DNA of 64,000 nt from Methanothrix sp. (GTDB lineage: Archaea > Halobacteriota > Methanosarcinia > Methanotrichales > Methanotrichaceae): NCBI RefSeq assembly GCF_011620785.1, contig NZ_WOYM01000058.1; one strand, written 5' to 3'. The notes under the pieces are model-generated. The model was not told where the DNA came from. It saw nothing but the letters and a program-made list of their open reading frames with translations, and searched no databases. Shown in pieces: positions 9,117 through 17,036 of the stretch (position 1 is the stretch's first letter; the number at the start of each line of letters is the position of its first letter). Made by a program: the position numbers and the translations under genes.

Positions 9117-9365
9117 AAATAATGTTGATAATGCTTATATATGTAGTTTTCGAGTCCAGTTCGGCGATATGTATATTCCTAATAGAAAATATATATAGAT
9201 TCGACGAGTCTCTGCAAACAATTATCTGCACTAAGTCAATAATTTAACGTGTCAATTGAAACTAAATTTATTTGCTAGCTCCGCAAGATGATAATCCTTA
9301 TAGATATTGAATTAATAAATACAGATATTTAATTATAATAATAGAGTTATTGATAGGCCGCCTGA

Positions 9366-9561
9366 TTGAAATGCATATCCGCCCGCAGACGTGGGTTAGG
9401 GGCCTATCGAATCCCTGGTCGCGCACAGGAGTGGCTGAAAACCGCCAACATCCAAGATGGTGAATATTGCTGGAGGAATATACCTTTTGCTACTGATTCT
9501 CGGCGATGGTTTCAGCAGACTTCGCCTGCGACCAACGCACAACATAATAATTATCTTTTTT
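9366..9561 (+). ncRNA. candidate ~195-nt non-coding RNA (class unknown)
   Basis: A GC-rich island sits inside a strongly AT-rich intergenic region. A TATA-like TTTAATTATAATAAT lies at 9328-9343, and a T6 run at 9556-9561 closes it. Possible helices are 9434-9446 with 9502-9516, and a hairpin at 9459-9484. The overlapping 65-aa TTG ORF looks non-protein-like. Confidence 0.25.
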
Positions 9562-9634
9562 GATAAAATTGAATGCTATTAGCGAAAGCTTATTCATTAA
9601 TAAATGTTATTAACCATAGTTAGGGGCAAATAGC

Positions 9635-9985
9635 ATGGAGATCTTGCATTTAGTGAAGTCTAAGACTTCACGTTCTCAAGACGAGCTGATCGCTAGGGCG
9701 GCCAGATCCTGGGACCCTGAATTTCCTGGCCGAATGGAGCTTCCTCGCAAATATGCCGCGGTATGTAGGGAGACCATAGTCCTCGCCAAATCTAAACAAA
9801 AAGATCCCAAAGATATACTGCCCGAAGTCTGCCGAATCAGGGGGATAGATGAATCAAAGGTCATTGAAGCGCTGTATGCGCTGGCTTTAATCATCGATGA
9901 GGAAACCTATCCATCCAAGAGAAACAAAGGGATGCAAGCTGCCATAACCTTAAAAATCAAAGACCTCTTGACGCGTTTGAGGTGA
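9635..9985 (+). CDS. hypothetical protein
   Basis: 116-aa ORF with ordinary composition. An SD-like AGGGGC lies upstream. I recognise no family. Confidence 0.5.
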   Translation: MEILHLVKSKTSRSQDELIARAARSWDPEFPGRMELPRKYAAVCRETIVLAKSKQKDPKDILPEVCRIRGIDESKVIEALYALALIIDEETYPSKRNKGMQAAITLKIKDLLTRLR

Positions 9986-10079
9986 CGCCAGAGGATGCAT
10001 AATTGTTTTAAATATGAATGTGATTTAAAAAAAATGAACCCTATTATTGGATCCATATAGAAGAATATTATCTGCTGCA

Positions 10080-10328
10080 TTAGCGATCTTTTCTGGAGTA
10101 CCTTAAACCAGGTGTAGTAATATACCATCGCCCCTTCTTGCCTTTTAGGAACTCCAGGGATTCAGCATAGTCTTCAAAGTAATGGGCTTCTCCATTATCC
10201 AGGTTCATCACAGAGATCCTCCTTTCCATGACTAATCCCTTCTGTTCCAGCAAATCCTCGATCTCCTGGCGCAGCTTGCTCTTCTTTTTTATCAGGAGAT
10301 GCTCATCCTCATGACTGCAGTCTGGCAT
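10080..10328 (-). CDS. hypothetical protein
   Basis: I placed the start at ATG 10328 (MPDCSHEDEHLL), 14 nt after the stop of 10343..10903. A charged helical segment reads KSKLRQEIEDLLEQKG. Confidence 0.45.
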   Translation of the reverse strand: MPDCSHEDEHLLIKKKSKLRQEIEDLLEQKGLVMERRISVMNLDNGEAHYFEDYAESLEFLKGKKGRWYITTPGLRYSRKDR

Positions 10329-10342
10329 CGACGCCACATCCC

Positions 10343-10903
10343 TCAGATACGGGCGGGCCGGGCCATATCTAAAGCCCACTTTATGTACTCTGCTGCAGGA
10401 AACTCATGCACAGAGGTGGCCACGATGAGCCCCTCACTGTATTTGGCCATGACCAGAATGGCCCTGCCCTTATCATCCTTTATCACCGTCTCGAAGCCCT
10501 CGCCTGGGATAAAGTAGCCGTCGCACTCCGGGGTGGTGGTGCAGATCAGGCAGGAGCAATCCCCCTCAGAGGGATTGACACTCTGAGTGCTCATCTCGCA
10601 AATGTATTTCAGGGGGAGAGGCAGCCAATCAAAGTCATGCTCCGGGACCAGGGGGCCGAACACCGTCAGCACCCCCCCATTCATGACAAAGCGTTCTATA
10701 TTCGATTTCATCCTCTCCAGACCGGGAAGGATCTGGGAATAATCCGGATTGGCAAAGCCGGAGGGAATCATCACCATCTTGTACTGGGGCAAAAATGGGC
10801 TTCCAAGGATGCTTGGCGACAAGAACTGGTAGCTGGCCCCTACATCCTGGAAGAGCTTCTCGAAGAGCAGAGTCCTCTGGCCAATGAGTGCGATGTCTGG
10901 CAT
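10343..10903 (-). CDS. conserved hypothetical protein (possibly class-I glutamine-amidotransferase-like fold)
   Basis: 186-aa ORF with globular-looking sequence (MVMIPSGFANPDYSQILPGLERMKSNIERFVMNGGVLTVFGP). The antisense 170-aa ORF 10406..10918 looks like a shadow. Confidence 0.6.
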   Translation of the reverse strand: MPDIALIGQRTLLFEKLFQDVGASYQFLSPSILGSPFLPQYKMVMIPSGFANPDYSQILPGLERMKSNIERFVMNGGVLTVFGPLVPEHDFDWLPLPLKYICEMSTQSVNPSEGDCSCLICTTTPECDGYFIPGEGFETVIKDDKGRAILVMAKYSEGLIVATSVHEFPAAEYIKWALDMARPARI

Positions 10904-11024
10904 ATGCCATTATCTTAGCCAGGCAAGGGGAAAATCTTTATGGTTCCCATGGTTTAATATCTCTGCAATTATGATTTTGCTCCATAAAGCTTATTACTAA
11001 ATATCACCTGTATTTTAAACGCGA

Positions 11025-11453
11025 TTGTACATGGAACAGGAATTAATGAGGATAGGCGTCTCGCTACCTGAAAAGCTTCTTTCCAGGTTCGACGAGATAA
11101 TATTGAAGCGCGGCTACTCCTCGCGCTCCGAGGGAATAAGAGATGCAATCAGAAACTACATCGTCCACTACGAATGGATGAGCGATGTGCAGGGGGAGAG
11201 AGTAGGTGTCATCACACTGGTCTATTCCCATTCCCAAAGGGGCCTGGTGGAGAATCTGACTGATATCCAGCATGACTCGGGCGATATAATCCAGTCCAGC
11301 CTTCATGTCCATCTGGACCACGACAACTGCCTGGAGGTGATTGTCCTGCGGGGAGAGGGCAAGGATGTTAGAGTGGCGGCGGAGAAGATGATGTCTCTGA
11401 AGGGTGTGAAGCATGTCAAACTAACCACCACCTCCATGGGAAAGGAGCTGTAG
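11025..11453 (+). CDS. nikR: nickel-responsive regulator NikR (RHH plus ACT-like Ni-binding domain)
   Basis: The N-terminal ribbon-helix-helix reads [38 protein letters not shown]. The C-terminal motif IQHD...[18 protein letters not shown] matches the NikR H/H-x-H/C nickel ligands. Confidence 0.9.
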   Translation: MYMEQELMRIGVSLPEKLLSRFDEIILKRGYSSRSEGIRDAIRNYIVHYEWMSDVQGERVGVITLVYSHSQRGLVENLTDIQHDSGDIIQSSLHVHLDHDNCLEVIVLRGEGKDVRVAAEKMMSLKGVKHVKLTTTSMGKEL

Positions 11454-11498
11454 GCTCTGCATCGAGAAGCTGGCACCCAGGAGAAAAGCAATATCCCG

Positions 11499-12179
11499 AT
11501 GCCACCGGAAGAGATTGCTCCAGGGATCTATATCCTGCATGAAGGGGATGTTGCGCGGCTAGCGACGAGATCGTCCGATCCCGTGCCCGTCTACGGCGAA
11601 CGCATCCACAATGGATATCGCCTCTGGGACCCATACCGCTCGAAGCTCGCCGCCCTCATCCTGAAGGGAAAATGGCAGACACTCCCCTTGAAGAGAGACT
11701 CCCGGGTACTCTACCTGGGAGCATCCACTGGCACCACCGTCAGCCACGTGGCGGATATTGTCTCAGGAGGCCTGGTCTATGCGGTGGAGTTCTCGGCCCG
11801 CTCCATGCGCGACCTGGTCCGGCTGTGCGAGAGACGCAAAAACATCATTCCCATCCTCGCCGATGCGGCAAAGCCGGAGGAGTATGCCCCGCTTCTCGAG
11901 CCGGTGAATCTGGTCTACCAGGATGTAGCTCAGAAGAATCAGGCCCAGATCGCCACTCTCAACTGCGCGAGGTACCTGGGCCAGGGAGGCGAGCTGTGTC
12001 TCATGCTCAAGAGCCGCTCGGTGGACACGACCGCCCCGCCTAAAGCAGTCCTCCAGTCAGAGCTAAAAAAGCTGGAAGGACTGGAGCTTATTAAGGTCAT
12101 GAACCTGGAGCCATTCCACCTGGATCACTGGGCGGTGCGGGCCAGGTGGAATCCGGGCCCATCTGAAGAGGGCCATTGA
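11499..12179 (+). CDS. flpA: fibrillarin-like rRNA/tRNA 2'-O-methyltransferase
   Basis: The sequence YRLWDPYRSKLAALILKG...VLYLGASTGTTVSHVADIV...NIIPILADAAKPEEY...VYQDVAQKNQA matches archaeal fibrillarin end to end. Confidence 0.95.
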   Translation: MPPEEIAPGIYILHEGDVARLATRSSDPVPVYGERIHNGYRLWDPYRSKLAALILKGKWQTLPLKRDSRVLYLGASTGTTVSHVADIVSGGLVYAVEFSARSMRDLVRLCERRKNIIPILADAAKPEEYAPLLEPVNLVYQDVAQKNQAQIATLNCARYLGQGGELCLMLKSRSVDTTAPPKAVLQSELKKLEGLELIKVMNLEPFHLDHWAVRARWNPGPSEEGH

Positions 12180-12186
12180 GTTTATC

Positions 12187-13448
12187 TCGCGGGATCGCGA
12201 AGGGCGGAGCAGGAAGACCCCACCCTTCAGGGTGGTCTCCCGGACTGCGAGTCCGGGGGAGTTGCGACGAAGTCGCAACAGGATGAAAGCGGAGCCCTTT
12301 TGCCTAATATCGAAAACTACAAATCTAATAAAGGCACTACATGATTAATAACATGTACCGCACTTTGAAGATAAAGCTCGATAAGTCTAATGAACTCATC
12401 CAGACAGCAACTATTTGGAATGCTGCCTGTCAGGATGTCATGGACTACGGTTTTGCGGCACATGATTACAACAAGACCAGACTCAATAGGGCTACATATA
12501 GCGATCTCCGAGATAAGTATCCTACACTGCCATCTGCCCTGATTCAGACCGCCAGGGACCAAGCAAGCGATATGCTTAAAAGACTCCGATTTGAGAAAAA
12601 GCCTTTCAAGCATTCTCTGGGAGCTGTCAGATTCGATATCAGAACTATGAAAGTGTTCTTGGAATCTGGATATTGTAAACTCACGACCGTTTTTGGAAGG
12701 CTGAGATATGACTTCCGCCTACCGGAATACTACCAGAAATATGCTACATGGAAAGTCATGAACGCACAACTTAAGATAGCCAAAAATGCGTGCTATCTCA
12801 ATGTTCAGGTAGAACAACCAGACCCAGAAATTGTAATGGGAGATAGGCGGCTGGGAGTGGATCTTGGAATCAATAACATAGCAGTATGTAGCGATAACAC
12901 GTTTTGGGAGTCTGGACCTGTAAAGGCTGTTAAGGGTAAATACCAGTATTTAAGATCAAAGCTTCAGTCCAAGGGCACTCGATCAGCTAAACGAAAGCTT
13001 CAGAAGCTTTCAGGTCGAGAGAGACGGTTTCAAAGGGACGTGAATCATAACATCGCTAACTGGATAGTATCAAAACCATATGACGTAATCGCTCTAGAAG
13101 ACCTAACCAACATCAGGAACGGTAATAAGAATGAGAAGCTTGGTAAATGGAGTTTCGCAGAACTGCGAACCATAGTAGAATACAAGGCTATGGCTATAGG
13201 CAAGAAGGCGGTTGCCATAGATCCAAGATATACTTCTCGTACATGTTCCAAGTGTGGTTTTCAGAAGAAGGAAAACCGTAATGGTAAGACCTTCAAATGC
13301 AAGAGCTGTGGCTTCCAGATCGATGCTGATTTGAATGCATCCAGAAACATCGCTACCTTCAGTAGATCTGATCGTAGCAGGCTGTCTGTCAACCAGCCAA
13401 TCGTAGCGGGCTAACCACTAGCTACAAGCCACGCCCTTCAGGGCGTGG
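12187..13448 (+). mobile_element. IS200/IS605-family element carrying only tnpB (IS1341-like); ends approximate
   Basis: A left hairpin at 12220-12235 (CCACCC-TTCA-GGGTGG) and a right hairpin at 13429-13448 (CCACGCCC-TTCA-GGGCGTGG) share loop and stem sequence and flank tnpB. Extra hairpins lie at 12187-12200, 12239-12257 and 12261-12279. There is no tnpA. Confidence 0.7.
12341..13414 (+). CDS. tnpB: TnpB (OrfB_IS605, RuvC-like RNA-guided nuclease family)
   Basis: 357 aa. The RuvC triad candidates are LGVDLGINN (D), VIALEDLTNI (E) and QIDADLNASRNI (D). The zinc ribbon is CSKCG...CKSCG. Confidence 0.9.
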   Translation: MINNMYRTLKIKLDKSNELIQTATIWNAACQDVMDYGFAAHDYNKTRLNRATYSDLRDKYPTLPSALIQTARDQASDMLKRLRFEKKPFKHSLGAVRFDIRTMKVFLESGYCKLTTVFGRLRYDFRLPEYYQKYATWKVMNAQLKIAKNACYLNVQVEQPDPEIVMGDRRLGVDLGINNIAVCSDNTFWESGPVKAVKGKYQYLRSKLQSKGTRSAKRKLQKLSGRERRFQRDVNHNIANWIVSKPYDVIALEDLTNIRNGNKNEKLGKWSFAELRTIVEYKAMAIGKKAVAIDPRYTSRTCSKCGFQKKENRNGKTFKCKSCGFQIDADLNASRNIATFSRSDRSRLSVNQPIVAG

Positions 13449-13456
13449 TAGTTGAC

Positions 13457-14230
13457 TTAGCCGATTATCTTGTGAATCTCATCAGAGATTATATTGGGCA
13501 GCAGCCTGACGTAGCCCACCAATGGTATCTTCACCCTGGCCACCCCTATGACCCACTCATCCTTCACCGGGGTCAGATAGCTGATCCCATCTCCCACATA
13601 GGTTCCATTCTCGGTCTGGTAAAGGAGCAGGCCGGTGTTCTTGTCCAGATACACATCATCGCCCACCCGCATGATATCATCGCGATGCTGATCGAAGTAC
13701 GACATATTGGCCATGCCCAGGGTCCGGCCTGCCTTCTGGTCGATGACCTCATTGTGATCACCTTTGGTGATATAGCCAGAAAACGGCGCTCCAGGCCCTC
13801 CCTCCCACATCGGCTCATTCTCCTCCACGTGATATAGAGCACGATGGATTATGGGTATGGCCTTGCCCTGGCCGGGAGGCATTCCCAGGACCATTTTGAG
13901 CTGGTCGAAAAGGTTCAGGCTCTCCTTGCCATAAGGCCGATAGAGGATGACGTCCCCAGGATTGTTGAATGCTGTATAGTTCATCTTTTCTGCCTCATCC
14001 CAGGGAATCACCTCGGAGCGACTTGCCCCCTGAACGAGGATAATATCTCCCACATTGAGATTGGGCACCATGCTTCCCGACTCCACAGCCACCATAGGCG
14101 TCCAGAGGCCCAGAGTTATCTGGGAGAGGAGGGATATGGCCCCCACCACCACTACAACGAAAATTATATCTTTGGCCAGCTGAGGGATAGGCAGACTGTC
14201 AAACCATTCTCCGATCTTCATCAGCCACAT
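13457..14230 (-). CDS. signal peptidase I, archaeal Sec11/S26B type
   Basis: An N-terminal TM span is followed by the Ser box VESGSMVPNLNVGDIILV and the later ITKGDHN box. Confidence 0.85.
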   Translation of the reverse strand: MWLMKIGEWFDSLPIPQLAKDIIFVVVVVGAISLLSQITLGLWTPMVAVESGSMVPNLNVGDIILVQGASRSEVIPWDEAEKMNYTAFNNPGDVILYRPYGKESLNLFDQLKMVLGMPPGQGKAIPIIHRALYHVEENEPMWEGGPGAPFSGYITKGDHNEVIDQKAGRTLGMANMSYFDQHRDDIMRVGDDVYLDKNTGLLLYQTENGTYVGDGISYLTPVKDEWVIGVARVKIPLVGYVRLLPNIISDEIHKIIG

Positions 14231-14262
14231 TTATCAGTTGGTACATTCTTATACTCCTTTCG

Positions 14263-15741
14263 ATGCTGCAGATATCCCCCAAGTCGGCCAAGAGCGTTCC
14301 AGCCCAGGGCAGGGAGACTGTGCATAGGTTTGCCGAACAGGGCTACCAGCTGGAGCCGGAGGCCCTTGAAGCCATATGCCGCTATCAGGGCAGCCAGGAA
14401 GAGCTCTTCCGGCGCATAATCGGCAGCATAGATCGATCCCTGGCGGTTATTGGTATGCAGCACATCAAAGGCCTCATCGAACCATCAGCATCCGAGATCA
14501 CCTCAGACTCAACTCCCTCCGATTCTCATCCCCAGTGCTCTGCCCAATTGAGCTGCGACATAACCGGGCGGTCGACCTGTGTAGGCGAGTACGATGATTT
14601 CGTCTGCTACTTTCGGGACAGATATGCAAAGATCAGAGAGATCCTCTCCCGCCGGATCAACTCCCGGCCGATAGAGTCCTTGAGCAAGAGTACATCGGGC
14701 AGGGAGGTCTCTCTAATCGGCATGGTCCTTGATATCAGAAATACCTCCAAAGGCAACCGGGTGATAGAGCTGGAGGATCCCACCGGGATGATAGTGGCGG
14801 TCATCCAAAAGGATGGGGAGGCCTATGAGGAGTCGGGGCAGATAATTCCGGATGAGGTCATTGGAGTCACGGGCATTTCAGACGGTAATGGAAGGATCTT
14901 TGTCAAATCGCTGCTCTGGCCTGATATGCCCAATCAGACCGCCTCCCTGGAGAAAGGTAGCGGCCATGCCATACTCATATCCGATCTTCATGTGGGGAGC
15001 AAGTATTTCATGGATGAGGCCTGGCAGAGGTTCTCCGACTGGCTGAACGGAGAAGCGGATGATCCCAGTGGGCTTGCCTCCCAGGTGGAATACCTGGTGA
15101 TCGCCGGAGACCTGGTGGACGGGATTGGAATTTATCCTGGCCAGCAAAACGATCTGGCGATAATGGATATCTATTCCCAGTACGAGGCGGCTGCAGGGCT
15201 GCTAAATGCCATAAGAAGCGACATCAAGATCATCATCTCCCCGGGCAATCACGACATAGTGCGCCAGGCGGAACCCCAGCCCGCTCTCCCTCCGGAGGTG
15301 CAGAGATACTTCCGACCTGATATGCTCTTCGTGGGCAATCCCGCTTGGATTACATTGAGCGGCATATCGGTGCTGATCTACCATGGCCGGAGCATAGACG
15401 ATCTCGTCCTCCGCCTGCCCGGAATCACCTATGCCAACCCAGAGAAGGCGATGATAGAGATGCTGAGAAGAAGGCACCTCTCCCCAATCTATGGCAGCCG
15501 GGTGTCCATCGCACCGGAGAACGAGGATCATTATGTCATCTCCCATCCCCCGGCAATTCTCCATTGCGGGCACGTCCATACCGTGGGAATCGCCCGCTAT
15601 AAAGGAGTGGCAGCGATAAACAGTGGCACCTGGCAGTCGCAGACTGATTTTCAGAAGAAGATGAACATTCAGCCGGTTTGTGCAGTGGCGCCAATTGTAG
15701 ATCTGGCCACATTAAAGGTTCGAAAGCTAATATTCGCCTGA
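14263..15741 (+). CDS. DNA polymerase II (PolD) small subunit DP1
   Basis: 492 aa. The N-terminus reads HRFAEQGYQLEPEALEAI. The calcineurin-like phosphoesterase motifs are ILISDLHVGS, VIAGDLVDG, SPGNHD and GHVH. Confidence 0.9.
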   Translation: MLQISPKSAKSVPAQGRETVHRFAEQGYQLEPEALEAICRYQGSQEELFRRIIGSIDRSLAVIGMQHIKGLIEPSASEITSDSTPSDSHPQCSAQLSCDITGRSTCVGEYDDFVCYFRDRYAKIREILSRRINSRPIESLSKSTSGREVSLIGMVLDIRNTSKGNRVIELEDPTGMIVAVIQKDGEAYEESGQIIPDEVIGVTGISDGNGRIFVKSLLWPDMPNQTASLEKGSGHAILISDLHVGSKYFMDEAWQRFSDWLNGEADDPSGLASQVEYLVIAGDLVDGIGIYPGQQNDLAIMDIYSQYEAAAGLLNAIRSDIKIIISPGNHDIVRQAEPQPALPPEVQRYFRPDMLFVGNPAWITLSGISVLIYHGRSIDDLVLRLPGITYANPEKAMIEMLRRRHLSPIYGSRVSIAPENEDHYVISHPPAILHCGHVHTVGIARYKGVAAINSGTWQSQTDFQKKMNIQPVCAVAPIVDLATLKVRKLIFA

Positions 15742-15995
15742 TCTATCTTTATAAACACAACAAAAAAATTTTTATAGTAATAGAGAGAGTAGTATATCCG
15801 GCGAATACGATCATAGGTAGGAGGAATACGAATATGGCGGAATAAATCTCCAGGCAATGGGTGCTCCTCAAACTGCAGGTACAATCGATGGCGGTTAGTA
15901 TCTCTTACCAAAAAAGATAAATATTATAGAGAGAAATTGTATCGATATCAAACAACGAAAGGGGTGAAATTATTAGACAGAAGGGTGTTATTTTA

Positions 15996-16412
15996 GTGCT
16001 GGCCATAGCTATGCTGTCAATACCTGCATTTGCACAGGGCATGGGCGGCAGTGGCAGCATAGATATCTTCGGAAAGAATGGCGTGATATTCCAGACAGAA
16101 GGTTCAGCATACCTTTTCCCGGAATTTCAGGATACCAATGCGGATACGATGGCGATCGGAAATGACAGAGCAATGGCCTTTGGTGTGCCATGGCACAGGG
16201 CGCCCGTAACTTTAGCTACCAATAACCTGGAGGTCATAAAGAACCAGGACACTGGAGAGTGCAATTGCTGCTATGGCAATGTGTCACCCAGCTGCCAGGA
16301 CTGCTGCATCAAGGTCAATATAGACCAGATCAAGATCGGCAATAGAGACGCTCTTGCATTCGGATTTGCCTCCGCCACCAACAATGTCAAGGTGATAGCC
16401 AACCAGCAGTGA
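15996..16412 (+). CDS. small secreted protein with two curlin-like repeats around a 6-Cys segment
   Basis: The signal-like segment is LAIAMLSIPAFAQG. The upstream in-frame IIRQKGVIL, with GGGGTGA just before it, suggests the true start may be earlier and non-canonical. The two repeats are MAIGNDRAMAFG...ATNNLEVIKNQ and IKIGNRDALAFGFASATNNVKVIANQQ. Between them lies ECNCCYGNVSPSCQDCC. Confidence 0.6.
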   Translation: MLAIAMLSIPAFAQGMGGSGSIDIFGKNGVIFQTEGSAYLFPEFQDTNADTMAIGNDRAMAFGVPWHRAPVTLATNNLEVIKNQDTGECNCCYGNVSPSCQDCCIKVNIDQIKIGNRDALAFGFASATNNVKVIANQQ

Positions 16413-16444
16413 TATCAAGCCAGTCGAACCAGACAGGATTGGAT

Positions 16445-16960
16445 ATGAAGATTTCAAGGAGACCCGCCGATGCAATAAAAGCGGGTTTTCTATTAATTTT
16501 TCTCTTATCGGGCCCAGTCCTAGCCGGGCAGATGCCAGACAGGCCCATCACCTCATGTGAGATCTCAAACCACATTGATCAAACGCCAACCAATGCCTTC
16601 ATCGGCCCAAGAACAGATTCCATTCTGCTCTCACAACCCAGAGAGATGGTCATGCCAGATATGGCTGCTCTAACCGCAAAACTGGAAAATCTATCCGCAG
16701 CCTACACCCAGAGGCAAGAGGAGCTTTTTTCCAGCAGCCTCCAGGAGAGCAGCAGCAATTGCAGCGATCCGGATCTCAGCGGTCAGGATATAGGCCTTGA
16801 GGGCCAGCTTCGAAACCGCCTGGACATAAGAGTATCGGGAATATCCGTTCGCGCCATCAACACCGTGGAAGGTGGGAAGGCCACCGCCACCTCCAACATA
16901 ATCATCGAGCCGATGCAGATCATCCAGCTCCCTTGCCAAGCAGCAGATAAGCTGAGATGA
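16445..16960 (+). CDS. secreted hypothetical protein, probably co-transcribed with 15996..16412
   Basis: I placed the start at ATG 16445 (MKISRRPADAIKAGFLLIFLLSGPVLAG, a signal peptide). The C-terminal AINTVEGGKATATSNIIIEPMQIIQ resembles the repeat tail of the upstream protein. Confidence 0.55.
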   Translation: MKISRRPADAIKAGFLLIFLLSGPVLAGQMPDRPITSCEISNHIDQTPTNAFIGPRTDSILLSQPREMVMPDMAALTAKLENLSAAYTQRQEELFSSSLQESSSNCSDPDLSGQDIGLEGQLRNRLDIRVSGISVRAINTVEGGKATATSNIIIEPMQIIQLPCQAADKLR

Positions 16961-17036
16961 TCAAGGGCCTCCAAAAATTATGGGAGAGGGGTTCAGAAGA
17001 TCACGACAGTGTCCCGTCCAGCCAGGACGGGCTGTA

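Noticed and set aside
9117-9360. The AT-rich 240-nt stretch as a replication origin.
   Set aside because: I could see no ORB-like inverted repeats and there is no adjacent orc1/cdc6. The stretch is adequately explained as the promoter region for the mrp operon and the neighbouring transcription unit.
9366-9563. A 65-aa TTG-initiated ORF on the plus strand, and a fluoride, SRP or RNase P RNA identity for the same region.
   Set aside because: The ORF translation (MKCISARRRGLGAYRIPGRAQEW...) is not protein-like. I found no RNase P AGGAAAGTCC-type box, no SRP helix-8 motif and no fluoride-riboswitch consensus, and the downstream gene is not crcB. I kept the region only as an unclassified ncRNA candidate.
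12180-12340. A C/D-box sRNA or other snoRNA-like gene right after fibrillarin.
   Set aside because: There is no RUGAUGA/CUGA box pair; only a GGATGAA is present. The hairpins are better explained as the left end of the TnpB element, since one matches the right-end hairpin.
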